Source of the DNA: Octopus sinensis
Taxonomy: Eukaryota
NCBI RefSeq assembly: GCF_006345805.1
Contig: NW_021828629.1
Span: forward strand, 1 to 7,996
DNA length: 7,996 nt
Direction: 5' to 3'
Both the position numbers and the translations under genes were made by a program. Under the pieces are notes generated by a model, which worked only from the letters and a program-made list of their open reading frames with translations, was not told where the DNA came from and did not search any database. Positions 1 to 7,715 of the stretch are shown here, piece after piece (within the stretch, counting starts at the first letter, position 1; each line of letters begins with the position of its first letter).

Positions 1-126
1 CAGAGATATGTACATATACACATGCAGACCTATACATACACACACACTCACATACTCACATACACACTCACACACGCGCACACACAAAATATATATATTA
101 TATTTATTATATATATAATAATATAT

Positions 127-158
<32 letters not shown>

Positions 159-198
159 TGTATGTATGTATGTATTATGTATATATATATGTATGTAT
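1..198. repeat. Compound microsatellite (CA)n/(TA)n/(TATG)n
   Basis: Read directly: CA-rich tract to ~86, TA-rich tract to ~128, near-perfect TATG array ~129-174. Accounts for ORFs 22..210 and 107..304. Confidence 0.95.
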
Positions 199-424
199 GA
201 GGGCTTGTAAAATTGTGTGTACATGAATATACTAGCCAATCAGATTCTGGCGTTGACTGCTTTCGACCTTCGATATACATATAGTCACAATGAGAGTATC
301 CCAACTTCTTATAGGGATATTTATCCGAGATACACTGGCTTAATATATTAACTTTTGAAGAGATAATACTTCAATGAATATATTATATAGAATATCGAGT
401 TAGAAAACAGATCTATTTGATGCA

Positions 425-447
425 AATTAATTAATTAATTAATTAAT
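425..447. repeat. (TTAA)n microsatellite
   Basis: aattaattaattaattaattaat read directly. Confidence 0.9.
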
Positions 448-699
448 CAACAAATTTACCAACATCTGTTACATTTCTCAAATAAGATTAAAATTACGTA
501 TCATATATAAAGAATTATTTTGGCATTTTAAATACCTTATACCTATGCGTGTATGTATACACACTTATACATACACACATATTAAACATATTTATATATT
601 CTGAATATTCCGAAAGTAGCCTGATACAATCCTTATTGTCCTGTGAACACCCTGATGATTTTCCTTATAAGGTATTTAAATGCAAAATAATATATCTAT

Positions 700-1006
700 A
701 TAAGTTTTGTAATTTTAATCTTATTTGAGATATGAAAGAACTGTTGGTCTATATGTTGATTAATCTATTAGATTTCTCTGTTTTCTAACTCGATAGATCG
801 CCATGTTGATTCGCTAGATTCTGCACGCTTTTTTTTTCTCTCCTTGTTTGTTTCCGTGTTTCTTTATGTGTATTTTTCTGTTGAAGAGCGTAGGCTCGAA
901 ACGTAAAAGACTTGTTTTATTTATTTCCTGAGCGCAATACTAATACAATTGTTTGTTTGTATTCCACCTGCCTTCGTCTATTGTTTATTTTCATAAAGCT
1001 TCCCGC
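700..1006 (+). mobile_element. Probable non-coding terminal-repeat fragment of a Penelope-like or other non-autonomous element
   Basis: Contains the minimal hammerhead-like motif at 873-910, a layout known from Penelope-like element termini, and ends at a (TA)n tract. Resembles an abundant octopus repeat from memory. Boundaries are approximate. Confidence 0.45.
873..910 (+). ncRNA. Minimal type I hammerhead-like motif (variant core CUGUUGA)
   Basis: TTTTT-CTGTTGA-A-GAGC-gtag-GCTC-GAAA-CG-TA-AAAGA. Stem II is 4 bp (886-889/894-897), GAAA is at 898-901, stem III is reduced to a palindromic ACGT, and stem I is a weak U-rich/A-rich pairing. Confidence 0.45.
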
Positions 1007-1013
1007 TATATAT

Positions 1014-1070
<57 letters not shown>

Positions 1071-1105
1071 ATATGTAATATATATATATATATATGCATA
1101 AATAA

Positions 1106-1180
<75 letters not shown>
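1007..1180. repeat. (TA)n with embedded (TACA)n microsatellite
   Basis: Read directly. Accounts for ORFs 912..1187 and 917..1126. Confidence 0.95.
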
Positions 1181-1182
<2 letters not shown>

Positions 1183-1331
1183 TATGAAGTTAGTGCATAT
1201 GTATTCTCTGCACTTTTGACAAAACCTTTCTAAGTTAGCCGCACTGCCTTCAGCAGATGATAATATTTTGGTAACGTAACCACGGTTTGACGTTGATCAC
1301 TTCAGTTTGATTCTTATGTTACACAGTAAGC

Positions 1332-1997
1332 ATGGACACTAGTAGTGGGAACCATGGAACAACAGAGAACAGGGATTCGATTTCTGTGGCCTGAAAGTGT
1401 CAGGCCCTGAAATTTATCGTAGATTCTCAGTACAATACGGGACGGCGCTCGGTCGCTCAGAAAAGAGTATGAGTGGATCGAAAAGTTTTAGAATGACCGG
1501 ACAAGTGTGAAGCGCTACCAGGGAGCCGGAGCCATATTTTTCTCCAGCAGTGACGTAAAGATTCAAGAAGTTCGAGAGGTGGTTCTGGTAAACTGACCAT
1601 CGATGCTGTGGCATGATCTCTGCAAATTAGCCATGGTTCTGTATACGAGATCATCTTCACAAGCTTCGCTTCTGTAAAGTCCGTGCAAGATGGGTGCCAA
1701 GAGATGTTATCAAAACCCCAAAGCGCAATTTTATGGGTATTTGTTGATGATTACTCGACCGCTATGGCTATGAAGGGGAAGAACTTTTGGAGAGAACAGC
1801 GACAGGCAAAGAGACCTGGGGCTACCACTTAGAATCAAAATCCCAAAGGCAAAGTATGAGGGAAAACTCCTGAAATCACCAGCGAAAAATAAAGGGATGC
1901 TAGACGTTGTTTGGGACTCAAAAGGGCGCATATGGAACATTACTTGAAGAAGCGTCCGAGGGTTACCAGCGTAGGCTACACTGAATTGTTGGACAAG
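1332..1997 (+). pseudogene. Degraded mariner (Tc1/mariner) transposase, 5' part only
   Basis: Manual translation across frameshifts and stops: TMEQQRTGIRFLWPE, PEIYRRFSVQYG, YEWIEKF*NDRTSV, LQISHGSVYEII, KLRFCKVRARWVPRDV (WVP at 1691, mariner WVPxEL motif), ERTATGKETWGYHLESKSQRQSM (TGDETW motif with D to K at 1808), GMLDVVWDSKG, VTSVGYTELL. Truncated before the HDNA and YSPDLAP motifs. The 5' UTR/TIR may extend to ~1183. Confidence 0.92.
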
Positions 1998-2850
1998 AAA
2001 TTCCAGCTGTGGCCTAAGACAGGTAGTCCGTGATCCAGGCTATATATAGATTTTGCTGGAGCGGATAACGGCGCGTATTACCTGATCATAGTAGACATCC
2101 ATACCAAGTGATGAGAGATATGTAAATGAAGTGAACCAACCTAGAAGTTAACAATAGGGTTCCTTTATGAACTTTTTGTGCGATACGGTGTCCCCGACAC
2201 CATATTATCGGATAACGGAACACAGTTTTCGGGATACCAATTCAAAAATTCCTGTGAGAGGTATTCAATCAATCACATCTCTACTCCGCTGTATCATCCG
2301 AGATGAAATGAGCGAGCAGAAAGACTCGAAGACACGTTTAAGCGAGCATTAAAAAAATCAAGAAATGAATTAGGCAATGATGCAGCACTAACTCAATTCT
2401 TAAGGGTTTACAGGATAATACGCAAACCGAACCCCTGCTCAGCCAAATTGCCCGCAGGGCTAATGCTTTCCCGAATGATAAAATCAATTTTTGATAAATC
2501 GTACCTACAAAAAAAAAAAACTAATTGGGAAAACCTAAGACGCACAACAGAGTATTTTAATGTGGGAGATAAAGTTCATTTCAAAATATATAGGAATGGA
2601 AGCAAGGTTGGGAGGACGGTATAGTGACGAAAAGAGTAGGAAGTATGATGTACATAATAAATGGCCAAATGATATTTGACTCGATTGTAGACTAGACATA
2701 CCGACGAAAGAGAAGAAATACCGATGGAGGTTTCTTATGACTTGTTTCATATTCCAAAGCCAAGTGATGTTGAGTATAGGAACATCAACAATAGAAAACG
2801 AAACAAACAGAATGACAAGAAATAGTCCATAAGTAAAAGAAGTATTAAAA
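1998..2850 (+). pseudogene. Degraded Ty3/Gypsy pol fragment: integrase core and C-terminus (K02A2.6-like)
   Basis: Frame +3: KFQLWPKTGSP*SRLYIDFAG (D at 2049), YYLIIVD, LFVRYGVPDTILSDNGTQF (D at 2211), PLYHPR*NERAERL (E at 2319, D-35-E spacing kept), QFLRVYR. Stops at 2031, 2109, 2112, 2127, 2142 and 2304. After a poly-A break: FNVGDKVHFKIY, WEDGIVTKRVGSMMYII, EIPMEV. Confidence 0.93.
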
Positions 2851-2949
2851 TTTCTGAGGAAATTAAAATCTCAAAAAGGGGAGAGGTGATGATGAAAATA
2901 TGAATAAAATTGAATAAACAAGTTGCACTTCCTAGAGATGTCAAATCTC

Positions 2950-2960
2950 AAAAAGGGAGA
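2950..2960 (+). other. Polypurine tract preceding the LTR (a second copy lies at 2873-2886)
   Basis: AAAAAGGGAGA immediately followed by TGTTATG, downstream of the integrase remnant. Confidence 0.75.
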
Positions 2961-3249
2961 TGTTATGGCGAGAATCAGTGCGCCCCCTATGAGAATGGAG
3001 TAGCCCAACTCGTATAAGTAGCAGCGTTTTTGACTGAGAGCGAAGGATGAGAAATCGCAGGGAGTCCAAAGGCGTCATTTGTGAGTTCGAGGAATCGCAG
3101 GAAATTGTTGAGAAGTTGTTATAGTTTATAGGGAATCGTTTTGGATTGGGTACATTTGTTGGCAGGTATTTGGAAATACATCAAGTGGGGACAGTTGGTG
3201 GCTACGTTGTTCCGTCCTACTATATATGATACTATACTATTGCACGACA
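2961..3249 (+). mobile_element. Probable 3' LTR of the Gypsy element (~289 bp)
   Basis: Starts TGTTATG directly after the PPT and ends CACGACA (reverse complement TGTCGTG), giving TG...CA ends with an imperfect terminal inverted repeat. No partner LTR is in the window, so the right end is inferred. Confidence 0.65.
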
Positions 3250-3283
3250 ATAAGGTGACATATACAGAAACTCCGATTATAGA

Positions 3284-3408
3284 ACTATCTATCTATCTGT
3301 CTGTCAGTCTGTCTATCTATCTATCTATCTATCTATCCATCCATCCATCCACCCATCCATCCATCTATCTATCTACTTATTTATCTATATCTCATATAAA
3401 TAATATAA

Positions 3409-3445
<37 letters not shown>
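3284..3445. repeat. Compound microsatellite (TATC)n/(CATC)n/(TA)n
   Basis: Read directly. Accounts for most of ORF 3141..3473. Confidence 0.95.
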
Positions 3446-3672
3446 CGCTATCTACCTGACAATTTCTTGTTAAGTTTTCCTTATTAAGTAGTTGTCCTTA
3501 ATTGCTAAATTTTTATTCCGAAAAAACTTTTCCCCTCCCGAAATGCAATTCGTAAAAGTTTACCATTTACCCGGATGTAATATATATAAACTCACCCATG
3601 TGCTTCGTTGATGTTGATCAGTTAGCTGATCGCTTAAGCGAGGCAGGGTCGTTGTTTATTTATAATACATTC

Positions 3673-3720
3673 AGGCCTGCTGATGATTACGTAAGTATGA
3701 AATCACTGTGATACAGGCCT
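3673..3720 (+). ncRNA. Type I hammerhead ribozyme candidate
   Basis: AGGCCTG (3673-79) pairs perfectly with CAGGCCT (3714-20). Core CTGATGA 3680-86; stem II T.TAC-gtaa-GTA.T 3687-98; GAAA 3699-3702; stem III ATCA-ctg-TGAT 3702-12; H17 = A3713, giving an AUA cleavage triplet. Confidence 0.75.
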
Positions 3721-3811
3721 ATATTTTTAAATGTCTTACTTTGAAAAAAATTGCATTCGGTGGGATTAGTAATATTTTTGGTAGAAATGACTGATTGTCC
3801 CTCTTAGCGTT

Positions 3812-3857
3812 TGGCATGTATATACAATGCTTCCTGGCATGTATGTATAATGCCCTC
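3812..3857. repeat. Two-copy 23-bp tandem duplication
   Basis: tggcatgtatatacaatgcttcc / tggcatgtatgtataatgccctc. Confidence 0.7.
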
Positions 3858-4126
3858 TATATATAAATTATATATATATATATATATAAATATACATATA
3901 TATATATGTAAATATATTTATGATATATATACATATATATATATATGTGCACGTATGTTTGCATGAATGTTTGTATTTCTTTGTGTGTGCATATATATAT
4001 ATACATTCATACATTTATACATACATGCATACATACATATTTACACACACACCCATATACACTTTCACGCACACATGCACGCACGCACATATTATACGCA
4101 CGTTTGCACATGTGTGTGTGTGTGTG
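3858..4126. repeat. Degenerate (TA)n/(CA)n/(TG)n low-complexity region
   Basis: Read directly. Accounts for ORFs 3920..4150, 3945..4127 and 3967..4260. Confidence 0.9.
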
Positions 4127-4186
4127 AATATAAATATAGGAAAACGCTAAATACAATTCTCAGCCCACTAAATATAGCAGCAAACA

Positions 4187-4220
4187 CAACAACAACAACA
4201 ACAACAACAGCAACAACAAT
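4187..4220. repeat. (AAC)n microsatellite
   Basis: Read directly. Confidence 0.9.
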
Positions 4221-4367
4221 AAAATATACTTCAATGTTAACAACAACAATATCGGGATGAAGCGCGAGATGATCGGCATCTGCTAAGGCAACGTCAACAC
4301 CATCGATGCCATAAAAGGAAATGGAAATAATAGGGCGAATCGTATGAATAACAAGAACGTTAACGAT

Positions 4368-4466
4368 AACATATACATATACATATATGTATATATTTAC
4401 ACACACACGCACATACACACATACACATACACACACACACATACACACACAGATACACACACATAT
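4368..4466. repeat. (TA)n/(CA)n microsatellite
   Basis: Read directly. Confidence 0.9.
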
Positions 4467-4547
4467 AAATAAGCAAAAAAGTATGAAAAATAACTGAGAC
4501 CTACGGTAACAGCAACATTAACGAAAAACACCACATCAATCTAAACG

Positions 4548-4548
<1 letters not shown>

Positions 4549-4596
<48 letters not shown>

Positions 4597-4616
4597 TAAT
4601 AATAATAATAATAATG

Positions 4617-4655
<39 letters not shown>

Positions 4656-4689
4656 TAATAATAATGATAATAATAACAATAATAACAAC

Positions 4690-4726
<37 letters not shown>

Positions 4727-4737
4727 GCAACAACAAC
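4549..4737. repeat. Long (AAT)n microsatellite with GAT/AAC variants
   Basis: About 190 bp of AAT repeats. Accounts for the poly-I/L/Y ORFs 4501..4776 and 4536..4736. Confidence 0.97.
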
Positions 4738-4867
4738 GAAGATTATCATTGTCAAGAAGAGCCGTATGAATATCAATATTATATCACATTATATACTTTG
4801 AAGATTTTGCTGCCGTAACGCTTTGTATGAACAGCATAAATTATGAAAAATATTTACATAACCATGC

Positions 4868-4894
4868 ATAAATAAATAAATAAATAAATAAATA
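4868..4894. repeat. (AAAT)n microsatellite
   Basis: Read directly. Confidence 0.9.
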
Positions 4895-5390
4895 TTGTTA
4901 CAAGTTCCATTCAGGTGCACGCATTCGATTTCCGTCATATATATTCCTTTATTCGTTGAGGAATGACGTGCCTTTCACCAGTTGTCGGATTTCTGCAGCC
5001 ACAGAGAAGAAAAAAAGAAACCAGTCGGGAAGACCTCTTGCAATTGAATAATTAGTTTAGAGGTCGTACGTGTCCAGTGGAACAACTGTTTTAATTCTTG
5101 TGCTCGAAAGCTTCATTATAGGCCTTCTTTTGTTTGTCTCTCGACTCCTTTTTTTTTTTTTTCCTTAGGCAGATATATTGAGACGAACGAATAGTCCCTT
5201 ACCACATGCTTGTAAGAGAATAGATATCCTAGAATATAACCTGGACGGAAATGTTGGTATGCAAACGGCTGATGAGTTAATCTGCCGTTGAATTTCCACC
5301 CACAAAAAAAAAACACACTTTCAAATCGAATATCCATTGCAACCACCGAGAACTTTATCCGCGATCGGTTTTATCCGAGCTGATGCAAGC

Positions 5391-5525
5391 GGCTTCCATA
5401 CTTATCGGCGCCCTCCTACTCCTCCACATCTTTGGTTAGAGACTATAGTAAAAGTCACATGACTAACGAGCTGCCTCTGGCATCGAACCCAAAATCATGT
5501 ATTTAGGATGACAAGTTTTAATCAT
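5391..5525 (-). mobile_element. Highly diverged 5' part of a tRNA/CORE-type SINE
   Basis: Minus-strand B-box-like GGGTTCGATGCC (5479-5490). The plus-strand text ctttggttagagactatagtaaaagtcacatgactaacg resembles a common octopus SINE as recalled, not searched. Confidence 0.45.
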
Positions 5526-5554
5526 GTATGGTACTTATATTACAGTTATACATG

Positions 5555-5619
5555 TACCAGACGTTATGTAAGTAATTAGTTAATCTCTTACCAGACATTA
5601 TATAAGTCATTAGTTAATC
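5555..5619. repeat. Two-copy tandem duplication, period 34 bp
   Basis: taccagacgttatgtaagtaattagttaatc (5555-85) vs taccagacattatataagtcattagttaatc (5589-5619), 28/31 identical. Confidence 0.85.
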
Positions 5620-5783
5620 ATTGGGTGTATTTAACAATCGGTAGTTTTCAGAAGGATTCAAAATAAGTTTTACAACATTTTCCCAACCACGTAATTGATT
5701 GATCCAATGAGGTTTTGAGAAAGTTGTTTGACTAATAATGAATAATGAATAATAGGAATAACATATAAATAGGATCCTTAATA

Positions 5784-5988
5784 TTAGGTTCGTATTTTGG
5801 GACAAGGCCAGCAATTTCGATAGAGAGTGCAACTCATTTATATCGACCCCAGTACTCATCTGGTACTTATATTATCGAGCCCGAAAGGATAAAAGTAGTC
5901 CTCAGCGGAATTTGAACTCGGGATAAAGACGGACGAAGTGCCACTCGCATTTTGCTCGGCGTGCTAACGATTCTGCCAGTTCACCACC
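5784..5988 (-). mobile_element. tRNA-derived SINE, family A copy 1
   Basis: The reverse complement begins GGTGGTGAACTGGCAGAATCGTTAGCACG and contains the B box GAGTTCAAATTCC plus ATAAGTACCAG and CTGGGGTCGATATA. It aligns by eye with the copy at 7819-7996. Confidence 0.9.
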
Positions 5989-6027
5989 GTAAAGTGATTT
6001 TTAATATTAGACAGAAAGAGCAACACT

Positions 6028-6245
6028 CGACGAGCTTTCACAATTGTTAGCGCACAGAATAAAATACTAAGCGGCCTTTCGTCTGTCATTGTATTCTGAG
6101 TTCAAATTCCACCGAGGTCGACTTTACATTTTTTCAACTTTTCGGGGTCGTAAACAAAATGTTTCTGCTAAGCAGTGGGGTTGATGTAGTCGACTCACTC
6201 TTTCCCTCGAAACTACTAACCTTGTACAAAAATATTTAACCATTA
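6028..6245 (+). mobile_element. tRNA-derived SINE, family A copy 2 (diverged)
   Basis: Shares TTCTGAGTTCAAATTCCxCCGAGGTCGACTTT, TTTCGGxGTCG and TAGTCGACT with the copy at 7819. Confidence 0.9.
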
Positions 6246-6361
6246 TTAAAAAAAAAACAATAATGAATCAAACATAAAAAAAATGATCGCTAGGAAAACA
6301 GCAATCGAGTATTCTAATCATTCTACTCATTAAAAAATTTGAACGGAGAAGGTCTAAAAAT

Positions 6362-6565
6362 CCTTTCTCTTATAGGCAGAAGGTTTGAAGTTTGCGGGAG
6401 GAGATACTCAATTATATCGAGCCGAGAGCTCAACTGGTATGTAATTTATCGACCACGAAAAGGTAAAGTCGACCTAGGCAGAATTTGAACTCAGAACCTA
6501 GCGACAGGCGAAATACCGTCAAGCATTGCGTCCAGTGTGCTAAAGACTCTGCCAGATCGCCGCCT
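6362..6565 (-). mobile_element. tRNA-derived SINE, family A copy 3
   Basis: The reverse complement begins AGGCGGCGATCTGGCAGAGTCTTTAGCAC and contains GTTCTGAGTTCAAATTCTGCCTAGGTCGACTTT. Confidence 0.9.
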
Positions 6566-6603
6566 GAGAAAGGTCTAATAATAGTAAACGTACATATCCC
6601 ACA

Positions 6604-6905
6604 GTGGATATGGTCTAGTGGCTACAGCAGCAGTCTCGCGGTCGAGGGATCACGAGTTCGAATCTCAGACCTGGCGATGTGTGTGTTTATGAGCGAAACA
6701 CCTAAGCTCCACGCGGCTCCGGCAGAATGTAATAGCAAACTTCTGCTGACTCTTTCGCCACAACTTTCTCTCACTCTTTACTCATGGATCTTGCAGCTCA
6801 CCTGCGACTGACCTGCGTCCCGTCCAGGTGGGAAACCTATACGCCAAGGAAACCAGGAAACCGGCCCTATGAGCCAGGCGTGGCTCGAGAAGGAACAAAT
6901 CAACA
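6604..6905 (+). mobile_element. Apparently full-length tRNA-derived SINE, family B
   Basis: A box TGGTCTAGTGG 6611-21 and B box GTTCGAATC 6656-64 at tRNA-like spacing; CORE-like segment ~6682-6711; 3' hairpin GAGCCA-ggcg-TGGCTC 6871-86; short AAC-rich tail. Confidence 0.8.
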
Positions 6906-7213
6906 TATCCTACATTGTATATGGTATCGTATTTTACCGATTCTGTAAACTGCCAAACGTGTTTAATATTCTATTGGCAAAGTCACATTTTCTTAATTAC
7001 TTACCTTACTAATAAACGTATCTATAGATATGTTCACAGTTTTCCATACACCTTAGTATTTTCCTTCGCGATTTTGCTTCTGCTCTGGTGTGCAATCTCC
7101 TTTGATTTCCCATTTGTTTTCTATTAGTAAGTAAATCTGTATGGAGATTTACAAACCTGTCCCTAATGATGAATAATTTCTTCGCAGCTTTATTTTTCTG
7201 CCTCCATTGAGCA

Positions 7214-7341
7214 TGTATGTATGTATGTATGTATGTACGTATGTATGTATGTATGTATGTATGTATGTATGGATGGATGGATGGATGGATGGATGGATGG
7301 ATGGATGGAAGGATGGATGGATGGATCTATGTATGTATGTA
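7214..7341. repeat. Compound microsatellite (TATG)n-(GATG)n-(TATG)n
   Basis: Read directly. Accounts for ORFs 7149..7580, 7190..7402 and 7207..7539. Confidence 0.97.
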
Positions 7342-7454
7342 TACACGTACGTACATATATACACACATAAATACATAGACAAATACATAAGTACATATAC
7401 AAACAAGTATATATATCTGTGTATATATAAACATTTACAAACTAGACTATTACA

Positions 7455-7518
7455 GAAGGTGCCCCAGTATGGGCACAGTCCAGTGACTGAGATTGTAAAG
7501 ATAAATAAAGAGATAAAA
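7455..7518 (+). mobile_element. Isolated SINE/LINE 3' tail fragment (5'-truncated)
   Basis: GAAGGTGCCCCAGTATGGGCA, then hairpin CAGTC-cagt-GACTG (7476-89), then an A-rich tail. Resembles a recalled octopus retroposon 3' end. Confidence 0.5.
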
Positions 7519-7645
7519 TATATCTCAGTCAAATTATAGCCTAACGCCTTAAAACACACGACGCACAATAAATAGAGCAACCTTACATATAAGGATCATA
7601 TGTGAAAAGACCACCCTTACGTGGCCGGGAGTCATCTTTTGATCC

Positions 7646-7715
7646 TAGTTTGGCTTAATGTAGTTTGACTTAATGAAGTTTGATTAATGAAGTTTGATTA
7701 ATGAAGTTTGATTAA
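7646..7715. repeat. Minisatellite, about 5 units of 14-15 bp
   Basis: tagtttggcttaatg, tagtttgacttaatg, aagtttgattaatg x2, aagtttgattaa. Confidence 0.9.

Noticed and set aside
196-243. TATGAGGG.. mariner-TIR-like start and AGCCAATCAG CCAAT box (234-243)
   Set aside because: Short motifs with no matching partner TIR and no promoter context; expected by chance.
645-690. CTGATGA followed by palindrome CCTTATAAGG as another hammerhead
   Set aside because: No GAAA (reads TAAA) and no stem I pairing.
1183-1215. Left TIR of the mariner element
   Set aside because: The position is plausible and next to a TA tract, but the similarity is weak and there is no right TIR to compare.
5240-5290. GAAA...CTGATGAG as a type II hammerhead, or a SECIS-like hairpin
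   Set aside because: Stems I and III cannot form. CTGATGAG is instead buried in a simple hairpin (AACGGC 5264-69 / GCCGTT 5284-89) with no SECIS geometry.
5555-5619. CRISPR-like repeat
   Set aside because: Only two adjacent copies with a 3-bp gap, no spacers, and a eukaryotic context.
6604-6675. Functional tRNA gene
   Set aside because: A and B boxes are present, but the acceptor and anticodon stems do not pair and the sequence continues into a SINE body.
3335-7325. Long-range pairing between the (CATC)n and (GATG)n tracts
   Set aside because: Common microsatellites in a repeat-dense genome; complementarity is expected by chance.
22-7580. All ORFs in the supplied six-frame track
   Set aside because: They are translations of microsatellites, antisense or off-frame readings of transposon remnants, or SINE sequence. 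None resembles a real protein, and the true coding remnants are broken by stops and so are missed by the track.
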